Shown: positions 1 to 9,939, counted from the first letter of the stretch. The stretch: 64,000 nucleotides of DNA from Saprospiraceae bacterium (GCA_016715965.1 JADJXG010000001.1:1527252-1591251); one strand, 5' to 3'. Numbers and translations are program-made. The notes: generated from the letters alone by a model not told the origin.

Positions 1-216
1 AGGGATGTATTGAAAACAAATTTCGGCATGGATCGGACCAATTTTTTTGGATTGGAGGCGAATGTGGTATTTACTTTTAATAAATTTAGTCTTTTCTTTC
101 ACCCAAGTATTATTTTCGCTTCTAAGGTGGATGGTTTTCCAAACCGCGGACTGTACCTTTTTGGAGCCCTGGTGCAGGGTGACGCATTAAGTTTTAAACT
201 GAATAAAAAACAATAA
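1..216 (+). CDS. 3' end of a hypothetical protein, open to the left window edge
   Basis: The frame is open from base 1 to TAA at 214-216. The sequence has a beta-strand-like alternating pattern (GLEANVVFTFNKFSLFF). No recognisable motif. Confidence 0.3.
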   Translation, partial: RDVLKTNFGMDRTNFFGLEANVVFTFNKFSLFFHPSIIFASKVDGFPNRGLYLFGALVQGDALSFKLNKKQ

Positions 217-218
217 TT

Positions 219-797
219 ATGAAAAGTTTCATTTTAGTCCTTTTAATGACAATTATTTTGTCTTTCAAGCCCACCACCGATTCTGCAAATTTTGCTGAAA
301 GTCTGGATTCGATTTCAACTGAGAAATTGGAAGCCATACTTTTGAAAAGAAAAATGGAAAATTTGGTAGATATGAAATTGGAATCTCCTGTTGACTTGAG
401 TTATGCAAAAGGCCTGGTAAATAATTATATAATTGCCATGAAGAATAAATACAGTATTGAAAATGCAAACACCATTGAAAGATCGGTTTTGCTCCCATAC
501 AGTGAAATCGATGCGAGTATTAGCTTGCTTAAGTTTTATTATCAATCGACTTATCCAGATGCCAATAAATTTCAATACAGAATATACTTTGGTAAAAACA
601 ATTCAGTAAATCAAGAATCCTTTCCTACCGGTCATACTGCCATCGTGCGATTGTGCTATGACAGTATCAACATTCCAGATCTTATATCAATCCCTCAAAG
701 TAGTAATACCATCAGAACCATATTTAATGTAGGAAATATATGTCCTCCCAATTGTCCTGGTGTTTTAGCGACACAGGATGACATGTATCATCAGTAA
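219..797 (+). CDS. hypothetical secreted protein
   Basis: ATG ORF of 192 aa with an N-terminal hydrophobic signal-like segment (MKSFILVLLMTIILSF) and a Cys-containing C-terminus (CPPNCPG). No catalytic motif recognised. Confidence 0.5.
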   Translation: MKSFILVLLMTIILSFKPTTDSANFAESLDSISTEKLEAILLKRKMENLVDMKLESPVDLSYAKGLVNNYIIAMKNKYSIENANTIERSVLLPYSEIDASISLLKFYYQSTYPDANKFQYRIYFGKNNSVNQESFPTGHTAIVRLCYDSINIPDLISIPQSSNTIRTIFNVGNICPPNCPGVLATQDDMYHQ

Positions 798-845
798 TGT
801 TTCTTCATGCTGGTTTATTAATACCAAGGAATCATTGTCGTTGCT

Positions 846-1424
846 TTGCTGTTCTCCTTTGGCAGAAAAGCAAGGTTCGATCCGGCCTATTTTAATTACT
901 TTCTTTGGTATATTGTAATTTTTGAAATTTTTCTTGCCAATTTATCAAACTATTTATTTGGCTCTAATGTCATCATTTACAATTTCTTTGTGGTAGGCTG
1001 TATTGGATATTATGCGTTTGTTTATAACCATGTTTTAGCAAAAAATCAAATGGTCATTCCTATTCTCATCCTTTATATAATTTTGGTTATTTTTGAGAAT
1101 ATGGGTATATCAGGTTTTTATAAATTTAATCATATCAGTTATACTTTTGGAATGGTTTTTATAGGTATTCTCGCGATGATGTATCTTAAACATTTAGTGG
1201 ATAATGGAGCGCATCAATTTAGCCAGAGCCCAATGTTTTATTTAAGTTTTGGAATTTTATTTTTTTATACCGCTTGTTTTACCATCTTGTTATTGAATCC
1301 TCTGATCATGAAAATAGACATTGGTTTATCCAAAGAAATCTATGTATTGGTAAAAGTCGGAAACATTATTTTAAGTTTGTCCTATTTACAAATAGCTTAT
1401 TTGAATTGGAAAACAGAGAATTGA
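846..1424 (+). CDS. polytopic membrane module, probably the N-terminal sensor part of the downstream histidine kinase, split by a frameshift
   Basis: 192-aa ORF made almost entirely of hydrophobic helices. It ends at TGA 1422-1424 immediately before a TM helix plus kinase core encoded in another frame. Confidence 0.55.
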   Translation: MLFSFGRKARFDPAYFNYFLWYIVIFEIFLANLSNYLFGSNVIIYNFFVVGCIGYYAFVYNHVLAKNQMVIPILILYIILVIFENMGISGFYKFNHISYTFGMVFIGILAMMYLKHLVDNGAHQFSQSPMFYLSFGILFFYTACFTILLLNPLIMKIDIGLSKEIYVLVKVGNIILSLSYLQIAYLNWKTEN

Positions 1425-1453
1425 TTTTATATATTGTTATCATTTCATTCATA

Positions 1454-2209
1454 ATGCCATTGGTATTGAGTGGCATCTTGGTTTGGTTTTTTATGATTGC
1501 TCAGAAACGAAGACACCATGCAGAGTTATTGCAAAGAGAAATTCAAATCCAACAACAGAAAATGATGATTGAGAGGATCCAACTCATCGAGCAAGAGCGG
1601 GCCAGAATTGCCTCCGACATGCACGACGACCTTGGTTCAGGTCTTACCAACATCCGTTATTTATCAGACAGGGCCATTGAATCAGATGATCCGCTGGAAG
1701 ATAAAATATATCTGAAAAGAATTGGTGATTACAGCAGTCAACTGGTTCGCAACATGAGTGAACTGATTTGGGCTATGAATTCAAATCTGGACAGCTTGGC
1801 CAATTTATGCGCGTATGTCAGAAGGTACGCCTATGAATACCTGGACCCATTCAAACTCAAATTGGTCTTTGAATGCCCTGATTTTCAGAATGAAGTCCAT
1901 CTCAGTACAATTAAAAGAAGAAATTTATTTCTTGTTGTAAAAGAATTCCTGCACAATGTTGTTAAGCACGCGCATGCTTCTGAAGTGATGATGAAAATTG
2001 AATGTATTGATCATTCTTTCAGATTGACCTTATCGGATAACGGTCGCGGATTTAATGAAGTTCAAGCTTCGGGATCAGGTAACGGATTGAACAATATCAG
2101 AAAGAGATTGGAACAGATTGGGGCACAATGTAATTTATCGTCTTCCGATCAAGGAACTCAGTTGAGCATACTTCTGTTATTGGTTGAAGATCAAGATTCC
2201 GGGGCTTAG
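1454..2209 (+). CDS. sensor histidine kinase core (HisKA_3 + HATPase_c)
   Basis: H-box ERARIASDMHDDLGSGL (HisKA_3 type), N-box EFLHNVVKHA, G-boxes DNGRGF and GNGLNN. The ORF is open from 1274; the first ATG after the frame break is at 1454, at the TM helix MPLVLSGILVWFF. Confidence 0.8.
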   Translation: MPLVLSGILVWFFMIAQKRRHHAELLQREIQIQQQKMMIERIQLIEQERARIASDMHDDLGSGLTNIRYLSDRAIESDDPLEDKIYLKRIGDYSSQLVRNMSELIWAMNSNLDSLANLCAYVRRYAYEYLDPFKLKLVFECPDFQNEVHLSTIKRRNLFLVVKEFLHNVVKHAHASEVMMKIECIDHSFRLTLSDNGRGFNEVQASGSGNGLNNIRKRLEQIGAQCNLSSSDQGTQLSILLLLVEDQDSGA

Positions 2210-2311
2210 CTTAAAATATCCAATAAAACATGGCAATTCATATATTTTATCTTTGCTCTCTTAAAAACCTGAGCTTTGTCGATACAAGGAATGAATTTAT
2301 TTTCAAACTAA

Positions 2312-2953
2312 ATGGTACGTGATATGAGAGTAGCGATTCTGGAGGATATTAAGGAAATTGCAGAACGACTCCAACAGTTGTTTGGATCACAAAAAGATAT
2401 GGAATGCCGGCAATTGTACCACAATGCTGAGGAAGCCATGCAGTTTCTTCCGGCAAATCCGGTAGATATTATGATCGTGGACATTGGGTTGCCCAATAAA
2501 TCAGGTATAGAAGCGATCATGTATCTGAGCGAACTCTGTCCGGGTACTCAATTTTGTATGTTTACTGTGTATGAGGACGATGAGAAAATATTTCTATCGC
2601 TACAGGCTGGTGCAAGAGGATATATTTTAAAATCTTCTCCACCGGATAAAATCATTGAGGCTGTAAGAGAATTGTACGCAGGCGGTTCACCCATGAGCCC
2701 CAGCATTGCCAGAAAAGTGTTGAACTTTTTCAACAAAATTCCCATCGTTTCTAATCAAAATCTCGCCGGACTTTCATCCAGAGAGAATGAGCTTCTCGTG
2801 CATTTAGCCAAAGGATTGTATTATAAGGAGATTGCAGATCTGCTGGGTATCACCACCGGTACAGTCAAGCAACACATTCACAAAATTTACGAAAAACTTC
2901 AGGTATCCAACCGAACAGAGGCGATTAATAAAATTAACCATCCTCTGAAGTAG
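2312..2953 (+). CDS. NarL/FixJ-family response regulator (REC + LuxR-type HTH)
   Basis: The receiver domain has the phospho-acceptor context IMIVDIGLP and a conserved Lys in YILKS. The C-terminal HTH reads LSSRENELLVHLAKGLYYKEIADLLGITTGTVKQHIHKIYEKL. An alternative ATG lies at 2324. Confidence 0.9.
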   Translation: MVRDMRVAILEDIKEIAERLQQLFGSQKDMECRQLYHNAEEAMQFLPANPVDIMIVDIGLPNKSGIEAIMYLSELCPGTQFCMFTVYEDDEKIFLSLQAGARGYILKSSPPDKIIEAVRELYAGGSPMSPSIARKVLNFFNKIPIVSNQNLAGLSSRENELLVHLAKGLYYKEIADLLGITTGTVKQHIHKIYEKLQVSNRTEAINKINHPLK

Positions 2954-3053
2954 ATACTAGTTAAAGGTATCTGATGATATAACTTTGGTTATATTCCTGC
3001 GTTTAGAGGCCCATCTATTTTTGTGGAATTATTTAACCATTAAATCCATAAAA

Positions 3054-6000
3054 ATGATGAAATTAAAAAAATTACGACTATTGATTGTGCTTGGCTTCTG
3101 CGTAACCATCGCATTTGCGCAAACAGGCAATCCACCCAACGAAAAGTGGTACAGACATCTCCGAGGAGACATACACAATGTGGTTAACGATGTAATTCCG
3201 GCTCAGGATGGGGGATATTTTGTAATTGGAAGTACAAGATCAACAAAGGATGACTTTAATTTTTGTTATTCATGTAGCTACAAAAGAAATCAGGCTTATG
3301 TTATAAAGCTGGATCATCAGGGCAAGCCGTTATGGAAAAAGATTTTACTGCCACCAAATAATCAACTAAATGCATACGATAGTTATGTAAACCATGGCAT
3401 AGAGGTTAATGATGGGATAGTTCTTGGAGGGTATTTGAGAAATGGGCTTAATCTGAGCAATCAATTTCATTTAGTAAAAATCAATAAAAACACAGGAGAT
3501 GAAATTTGGGCCAGAAGAGTTGGAGATATCTGGCCAATAGATTTTAATGGGTATAACCCCATTAGGTTTATCAGCACCCAAGAAGGGTTTCTGGTTTGGG
3601 CTCAGAGCAGTATAAATACTAGGCACACAGTTCTTGTTAGATTAAGCCATGAGGGAACTGAAATTGCTAGAAGGACAATGGAAGATTTTCGTTTGGAAGC
3701 CTCGTGCGTAGTTCATTTAAACAATGATGAAACACCAAGTATTGGAAGTACCTCAGGCAATGTTATAAAACCAACCGCGGAATATCCCATACAAAAGACA
3801 GCTGATAATAATTATATTCTACTCGGATATAAAATCAACGAGAACGTTATTGACGAATGTAATTGTTATGATTCCGACCTTAGGCTGATGAAGATTAGTC
3901 CTAATTTATCAACAGTCTGGGACCGAAGCTATGGAGGCAATTCACAGGATTCCTGGAGAGATATGGTAGTCCATCCGAATGGTGAAATTGTGATATTGGG
4001 CCGTAGCTGCACGGAAGGGACCATACCCTATGGACCTGCCAATGTCAATAGTGAAAGTTGGCTGCTCAAGCTTAACTCTTTGGGAAATTTTTTAGCCGTT
4101 CAAAGTTTTGAGCAAGGAAATCCCTTTATCGGTTTTAGAGCGTTTGGTTTAGAACTCACCTGTGACAATAAATTAGCACTGTCAGGTGTTAGTTACCAGG
4201 GATTTGTCAACTATCCGGGAATTCAGAAATTGGATTGGGATTTAAAAACACCTATTTGGACGGTAAATTACCCAAATCTTGTCTTTACTGATGAATTTCC
4301 TTTTCATGATGTTGTCAGGGACTATTCTGGAAACTTAATCTGTTATGGAAATCAAAATAGATGGGAGACTATTGATATTGTGATTTGGGCACTACAGAGC
4401 GAATGTTCCTCATCCGGAAAATGCCAGAATGCTATTCCGATTCAGTGTAGTCAGACTTTAAGCGGAACGACCATCGGTAAAACATCTGAATTTGGTAGAA
4501 CAGACTATAGTTGTTTAGCAACAAATTCATTGTTCGATGGAGCTGACCAGGTCTATGTTTTGGATAAAAATTCAGGAAGCGGATCATTGCAAATCAGTCT
4601 GGTGGCCAATACCGACCTGGACATTTTTCTTTTCGATCGGTGCGATGCCACAGGATTGAATTGCATTGGCAAAAGTACCGAACCACGCAGACCATCCGGA
4701 GGCAATGCCGAACTCATCAGATTTGACAATTTACCAGATGGAAGATATTACATCGCAGTGGATGGATTCCGTCCCAGCGAAAATGGTCCATTTGAGTTGA
4801 CAGTTACATGTGGTAACCTGAGTTGCGTCAATGCAAGAAGTTTAAACTGCAACACACCAGTCACCGAGACAAACTCCGATGGGGTCAACAATGTCAGCAC
4901 TTATTGTGGACTGACAAATACCAAAGGTACACTCAACGGATTTGCAGGTCGCGGCAAGGAAAAAGTATACAGCTTTAATATTGATGCAACACAGATGGTA
5001 AGAATAGATTTGACTGGTATGTCTCAAGGTAGTGATTTCGATATCTACCTTTTATCAGAATGCAACCCGGACAAATGCGTATCATCCAGTTTTAATGCCG
5101 GTACGACGAATGAATTGATCAATGTGACCTTAAATCCAGGCTTGTATTATGTGGTAGTAGAATCTTATTATGATCGTGTGGGTAGCTATACCCTAAGGGT
5201 GAATTGCACGACCGGAGGGGGAAGTATCCCAAGACCTCGTATCGTAATGCCCACCAACCTATCGGTTGAATCGGGTGAAGATGTGAGTTTTCCGATAACT
5301 GCTTCGAATTTTACCAATATGGCCGCGATGGAGTTTTCACTCAAAGCAGATGATCCTAATATTTTAAATATTTTGGGTATTGAGGGAAAGGCGATTACTC
5401 CGGCTTTCAATTTAACCTCTGCATCAAACATTGGAATCAGCTGGTTTTCTCAAAATCAACCCACTGTGACTGTTCCGGATGGTCAGGTTTTGTTTAATGT
5501 ATTATTAAAAATAAAGGCTGCATCCGGCAAAACAGATATATCCATTACCGATGTTCCAACCGTACCGTATGCTCTAGCCAGCAGAAACGGAAGTCTTCAA
5601 ACAGTTCCGTTGGATATTGGTAAGGGTTCTGTGGTAATCAATGAAAATTTCATTCAATTATGTGGTGGAATAAGTAGAATAGACAATGTGCCGGTTTCGG
5701 ATGTCAACTTAATTGTATCTGGATCCAAAGCAGTCAATGGTTACAATCAGAATAATGGAAATTATTGCTTTACGAGTCTGCCCAAAGGAGGAAATTTTAC
5801 AATTACGCCCGTGAAAAATACACATCTTAGAAATGGAATCAATGGCAGAGATCTTTATTTGATTCAAAGACACATATTGGGTGAGAGGTTACCAGGACCT
5901 TACAGGATCATAGCAGCGGATTATGATGGTAACAATGCAATAAACGGCAGAGATCTTTACCTGACACAGCGTTTGATATTGGGAGATTCGCTGATTCCTC

Positions 6001-6890
6001 CGGTTTCTTCCTGGCGATTTATAAGAAAGAACCAAATATTTTCAGACATTTCAAATCCTTTCATGGATCAACTTCAAACAAATATTACACTCAACAATGT
6101 TGGTCAAGCTCAGGTGGGACTGGATTTCATAGCCATGAAGGTTGGCGATGTTGATTATTCTGCGACTTTGCAGGAATCTGTTCTGAAAGTTCGGGGAGCT
6201 GCTCCGCTTCAATTAAGTCTATCAAAACATACCGCGATGCAAAATTCAGAGGTGGAAGTTAAATTAATGGTAAAAGGTTTTGACAACATAACTTCATTGG
6301 ACTATACCTTACAATGGGATACGACAGTTATTCGCTTTTTGAGATTTGAACCACCGGCAGTCAATTCCTTGGGTTTAAGTGCTGGAAACTTTGAATCCAC
6401 AACAAGCCCTGGGAAAATTGTGTCAACATGGTTCGACAATGGGACCGGTAAGTCTGTTTCAGATGGATCAGTCATTGCAAAATTTATATTCAGGGTTGTA
6501 GGACAGGTTGGGAGGAACAGCCCAATTCAGTTTGTCAATAGCCCGGTACCTCTTCAGGCTTATACCCGATCAGGTTTGGTGCAATCGGATACAATCACCG
6601 GCCGTGTGACAGTATCAACCATTAATTCTGTTGGCGAAGAGACCGATCTGAATTTTAATGTTTATCCAAATCCAGTGAATGATCAACTTTTAATTGAGAA
6701 CTTATCCAATACCGTCGGCGCTCAATTTTATTTGTATGATGCCTTTGGCAAAGAAGTTACTCATATTCAGTTATCCACAAATGGCAATTTGATAAATACT
6801 GAAGATTTGAAAAGTGGTATTTATTTTTATCGGATTATGATTAAAGATAAATATCTGGTCAATGCTGGTAAACTCATAAAAAATGAATAA
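3054..6890 (+). CDS. large multidomain T9SS-secreted protein (propeller-like repeats, 2 PPC-like domains, 2 cohesin-like modules, a dockerin-like duplicated segment, T9SS C-terminal domain)
   Basis: Signal peptide MMKLKKLRLLIVLGFCVTIAFAQ starts at ATG 3054. Two Cys-framed PPC-like units lie at about 4420-5210. Cohesin-like segments lie at about 5237-5640 and 6200-6600. A duplicated NGRDLYL(I/T)QR(H/L)ILG segment lies at 5831-5988. The C-terminus is YPNPVNDQLLIENL...SGIYFYRI. Confidence 0.8.
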   Translation: MMKLKKLRLLIVLGFCVTIAFAQTGNPPNEKWYRHLRGDIHNVVNDVIPAQDGGYFVIGSTRSTKDDFNFCYSCSYKRNQAYVIKLDHQGKPLWKKILLPPNNQLNAYDSYVNHGIEVNDGIVLGGYLRNGLNLSNQFHLVKINKNTGDEIWARRVGDIWPIDFNGYNPIRFISTQEGFLVWAQSSINTRHTVLVRLSHEGTEIARRTMEDFRLEASCVVHLNNDETPSIGSTSGNVIKPTAEYPIQKTADNNYILLGYKINENVIDECNCYDSDLRLMKISPNLSTVWDRSYGGNSQDSWRDMVVHPNGEIVILGRSCTEGTIPYGPANVNSESWLLKLNSLGNFLAVQSFEQGNPFIGFRAFGLELTCDNKLALSGVSYQGFVNYPGIQKLDWDLKTPIWTVNYPNLVFTDEFPFHDVVRDYSGNLICYGNQNRWETIDIVIWALQSECSSSGKCQNAIPIQCSQTLSGTTIGKTSEFGRTDYSCLATNSLFDGADQVYVLDKNSGSGSLQISLVANTDLDIFLFDRCDATGLNCIGKSTEPRRPSGGNAELIRFDNLPDGRYYIAVDGFRPSENGPFELTVTCGNLSCVNARSLNCNTPVTETNSDGVNNVSTYCGLTNTKGTLNGFAGRGKEKVYSFNIDATQMVRIDLTGMSQGSDFDIYLLSECNPDKCVSSSFNAGTTNELINVTLNPGLYYVVVESYYDRVGSYTLRVNCTTGGGSIPRPRIVMPTNLSVESGEDVSFPITASNFTNMAAMEFSLKADDPNILNILGIEGKAITPAFNLTSASNIGISWFSQNQPTVTVPDGQVLFNVLLKIKAASGKTDISITDVPTVPYALASRNGSLQTVPLDIGKGSVVINENFIQLCGGISRIDNVPVSDVNLIVSGSKAVNGYNQNNGNYCFTSLPKGGNFTITPVKNTHLRNGINGRDLYLIQRHILGERLPGPYRIIAADYDGNNAINGRDLYLTQRLILGDSLIPPVSSWRFIRKNQIFSDISNPFMDQLQTNITLNNVGQAQVGLDFIAMKVGDVDYSATLQESVLKVRGAAPLQLSLSKHTAMQNSEVEVKLMVKGFDNITSLDYTLQWDTTVIRFLRFEPPAVNSLGLSAGNFESTTSPGKIVSTWFDNGTGKSVSDGSVIAKFIFRVVGQVGRNSPIQFVNSPVPLQAYTRSGLVQSDTITGRVTVSTINSVGEETDLNFNVYPNPVNDQLLIENLSNTVGAQFYLYDAFGKEVTHIQLSTNGNLINTEDLKSGIYFYRIMIKDKYLVNAGKLIKNE

Positions 6891-6934
6891 AAGAGCTATT
6901 TAAGGTTTTACTACTAAAAGTTCTATGTACATTG

Positions 6935-6980
6935 TTTATCCTGTGCTTTATGAATATCTTTTCATAAAGTGCAGGATAAA
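6935..6980 (+). terminator. candidate hairpin terminator downstream of the large T9SS gene
   Basis: tttatcctgtgctttatgaa / tatctt / ttcataaagtgcaggataaa forms a 20-bp stem with two G-U pairs. The following T tract (tatttta) is weak. Confidence 0.4.
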
Positions 6981-7359
6981 TATTTTAACAATTGAGTACG
7001 GCACCAATTTGCTGCTAAGCGTACGAACATAATCCCATTTAAATGCCCTTATATTCTAAAAATAAATCCCAAATTTCGATCCTTATTTCACATTGAGTTT
7101 GACAGCTCGTAAATCCTCCGATCCAAATACTTCTGGAATGGTCTTCTGCAAAATCAAAAACAAAAATGATGGGCAAGTCCTTTTGGATAGAATGCAACTA
7201 TGTGTATTTCTTTTCTTGAAATTTTATCAATCCTCAGTACCCGACTTCCGCTAATTGTCGTCTGATGATTCGCTGATAGGATGGATGATGTCATTGCCTA
7301 TATCTGACTTGGCATGATAAATAACCATTTCATTTTTTGAAACCAGTCCCATACTGGTT

Positions 7360-8181
7360 TTAAGGCAAATCCAGTTTTTGGAGCCGGACCAATTCTCCAT
7401 AAAAAAACTGAGTCGTTTTCTCAAAGTGCTCTGAATAATCCGTAACCAAAAACTCATTTTGTTTGGGCGATACGTTCAAAGAGAGTAGTTTTTCCTTGGT
7501 CAGAATGGATTTTAATTTTTCTGCTACCACCAGAGCAGAATCAATGACTTTTATTTTGAATTGATAGAACGCTTCGATTTCCTTTTTGATCAAAGGATAG
7601 TGGGTGCAGGCGAGCACCAGTGCATCAATATTTTTCAAAACAGGATCGGAAAGATATTCTTCGAGTACGACATGGCTGATGTTGTTGTTGTAAAATCCTT
7701 CCTCAATCATTGGAGCCAGTAAGGGAGTGGACAAAGCACAAAATTTCAGTCCTGGTTTTCTTCTCGACAATTTTTCCTGATATACACCAGAACCAATGGT
7801 GGTCTTTGTGGCGATAATTCCTGGGTGTAGTATGTCATTTGAGGCCACCAGAAACTCCACCATGGGATCGATGACATTGATCACGGGAATTTTACCTTTT
7901 AAAGCATCTCTCAAATATTCATAAGCTGCGGCAGAAGCTGTATTGCATGCGATGACAAGAGCTTTGCAATTTCTCTGATCTACCAGATATTCCGCAAGGC
8001 GGATGGAATACTGCCGGATGAGCTGAATGGATTTATCTCCATAGGGCATGTGAGCTGTATCGCCTACATAGATGAAATGTTCTTGGGGAAGAATTTGGTG
8101 AATGGCCTGAGCTACGGTCAATCCACCGATTCCGGAATCAAAGATCCCAATGGGTCTGCTATCTCCTAGATTAGATTCCAA
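7360..8181 (-). CDS. murI: glutamate racemase
   Basis: GIFDSGIGGLTV N-terminal motif and both catalytic Cys motifs (VIACNTASA, LACTHYPL). Apparent TTG start overlaps the ompH stop. Confidence 0.9.
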   Translation of the reverse strand: MESNLGDSRPIGIFDSGIGGLTVAQAIHQILPQEHFIYVGDTAHMPYGDKSIQLIRQYSIRLAEYLVDQRNCKALVIACNTASAAAYEYLRDALKGKIPVINVIDPMVEFLVASNDILHPGIIATKTTIGSGVYQEKLSRRKPGLKFCALSTPLLAPMIEEGFYNNNISHVVLEEYLSDPVLKNIDALVLACTHYPLIKKEIEAFYQFKIKVIDSALVVAEKLKSILTKEKLLSLNVSPKQNEFLVTDYSEHFEKTTQFFYGELVRLQKLDLP

Positions 8182-8683
8182 GTTTGGTTTTCACCAATTT
8201 TGTAACATCCATCGACTCTTCTGCGAAAAGTAAAATTCCCGAGCTGGAATCAAAAATATAGGTGAATTGATTTTCTTTGGCAACCTGTTTAATGATCTCA
8301 TTTATTTTGTCCAGAATAGGTTGCAATACTTCCTGCCTTTTGGCCATTAGTTGTTTTTGCATTTCCTGCTCGTATTCTCCTAATTTTGCTTCTTCCAGTT
8401 TCAGCATCTTGGCTTCTTCTTCGAGCGCTTTGGGAGATATTTCTCCGCTCTGCTCACGTCTTTGGAGATCTCTGTATTTACCTTCCAATTCCTGTACCAT
8501 TTGCTGACCCTTTTTCTCCAGTTGAGATTGAAATGCCTGCAGGTTGGCATCTGCTTGTTTCACTTCCGGTATTTCTGATAGCAAAGCCTGGCTATTGACA
8601 TATCCAAATTTCTGAGTCTGCGCATCCAAACCGATCAAAGAGCAGATCAATGAGAAAGCTAAAGTTAATATGTTGATTTTCAT
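8171..8683 (-). CDS. ompH: OmpH/Skp-family periplasmic chaperone (copy 1)
   Basis: Signal peptide MKINILTLAFSLICSLIGLDAQ starts at ATG 8683, followed by a K/E/Q-rich coiled-coil body typical of OmpH. The longer six-frame ORF (to 8947) overlaps the upstream gene and was trimmed. Confidence 0.8.
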   Translation of the reverse strand: MKINILTLAFSLICSLIGLDAQTQKFGYVNSQALLSEIPEVKQADANLQAFQSQLEKKGQQMVQELEGKYRDLQRREQSGEISPKALEEEAKMLKLEEAKLGEYEQEMQKQLMAKRQEVLQPILDKINEIIKQVAKENQFTYIFDSSSGILLFAEESMDVTKLVKTKLGI

Positions 8684-8738
8684 ACTATTGAAATTAAAAG
8701 GCTGCAAAGATATTTTAAATTTATAAAATAAAACCGGT

Positions 8739-9263
8739 TTATTTGGACAAACCTTTGAGCTTCTTGATGATGTCCTCTGTTTTGTCCAGCTCCTTGTTGT
8801 AGTAGATAATGCCGGCCGTGCCGCTGGTATCAAAAATGGCATCAAGGGACCTGGCCAGTGCATAATCCTGAATGGCTGCATATACCTTGTCCTGAATGGG
8901 TCTGACCAGGTCTTGTCTCTTTTTAAAAAGCTCGCCGTCCTCGCCAAATTTGTCTTTCTGAAGTTTTCTGGCGTCTTTTTCCCGATTCATTATCTCCTCT
9001 TCCTTGAGTTTTCTTTGCTCATCTGTCAGAAGGACCTGTTCTGCCTGGTATTTATTGTACAAAGCTTTAATTTTATCATACTCTACCGCAATTTCTTGTT
9101 TCCAGACTGCTGCCACCCGATCCAGTTCGTCTTGTGCTTTTTTATAATCATCCAGGTTTTCGAGCACCTGATTGACATCCACAAGGGCAAATTTTTGTGC
9201 CTGAGCGGTAAGTCCCAGAGCCAACATTAAAAGAGAGGAGAAGAGCAATTTAAATTTATTCAT
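8739..9263 (-). CDS. ompH: OmpH/Skp-family periplasmic chaperone (copy 2)
   Basis: Signal peptide MNKFKLLFSSLLMLALGLTAQAQ followed by a coiled-coil K/E-rich body. Tandem with copy 1. Confidence 0.8.
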   Translation of the reverse strand: MNKFKLLFSSLLMLALGLTAQAQKFALVDVNQVLENLDDYKKAQDELDRVAAVWKQEIAVEYDKIKALYNKYQAEQVLLTDEQRKLKEEEIMNREKDARKLQKDKFGEDGELFKKRQDLVRPIQDKVYAAIQDYALARSLDAIFDTSGTAGIIYYNKELDKTEDIIKKLKGLSK

Positions 9264-9423
9264 GGTTTTAATTTTGAGAATTATGGATTAGACAAGCGGT
9301 GATCAGATAAGTTTCTTAAACGAATGTTAAAACATCTTAGTACCGCTGTTTCACATTTTTGTATTGTTTGAATAAAAACGATCGAGGGAAATTAAAAAGA
9401 AGACTGTCCGAAGTCAATATCCA

Positions 9424-9939
9424 CTATCGGGCTTTTTTATAGACTGGAACGGTTGAGCAGGGTTCTCCGTACATGATACTATTGGCAAAGGGGATGAGTT
9501 TGGAAGTGACCAACAGATAGGCGGAAGCAGGGACTTCCAGATCGCTGCAGCCCTTGATAACCACTTTTGCAGATTCGTATTGACTCCAATCTTCTTGGTT
9601 GATATTTTCACCAATGACTTGCCGGGTGACTTCTGCCGGGTTCCCAAATCTCAGAGCGATCTCTTTTTCTGCGGCGTGTTTGGCTATCAACATATAGGCC
9701 CATGTCGGCACGATGGCATCGTTTGAGCACCAAACAGCCAACATTTTGTTTTCGTATTGATTCCAATCCAATTCTTTCAAAGCCTGTCTGAAATCAGCTT
9801 CTTTTAATATCCACTCTTTAAACAGAAATGGTTTGAGGTCAAAAGACACGATGGGTTTTTGAGGAAGGTATGGTTCGAGCTTTATGGTGACCAGTTTGCT
9901 GTTGCTCACCCGGTTGACCAAGGTCGTTTCATTGCTCAT
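9424..9939 (-). CDS. conserved hypothetical protein (DUF2480-like)
   Basis: The sequence MSNETTLVNRVSNSKLVTIKLE...WCSNDAIVPTWAYML resembles the Bacteroidota DUF2480 family from memory. Start chosen at ATG 9939, overlapping the scpB stop. Confidence 0.5.
   Translation of the reverse strand: MSNETTLVNRVSNSKLVTIKLEPYLPQKPIVSFDLKPFLFKEWILKEADFRQALKELDWNQYENKMLAVWCSNDAIVPTWAYMLIAKHAAEKEIALRFGNPAEVTRQVIGENINQEDWSQYESAKVVIKGCSDLEVPASAYLLVTSKLIPFANSIMYGEPCSTVPVYKKAR

Noticed and set aside
874-883. ggttcgatcc, a tRNA T-arm-like string
   Set aside because: The flanking bases cannot form a T stem or an acceptor stem. It lies inside the membrane-module ORF. No tRNA was found anywhere in the window.
7340-7360. 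Hairpin aaaccagt-cccat-actggttt abutting the murI stop
   Set aside because: On the minus strand (the murI sense) it is followed by an A-run rather than a U-run. On the plus strand no gene ends nearby. The orientation and function are ambiguous.
8684-8947. N-terminal 88-aa extension of the first OmpH ORF (six-frame ORF 8171-8947)
   Set aside because: The extension overlaps the 3' end of the upstream ompH paralogue and is R/P/T-rich. A clean signal peptide starts at ATG 8683.
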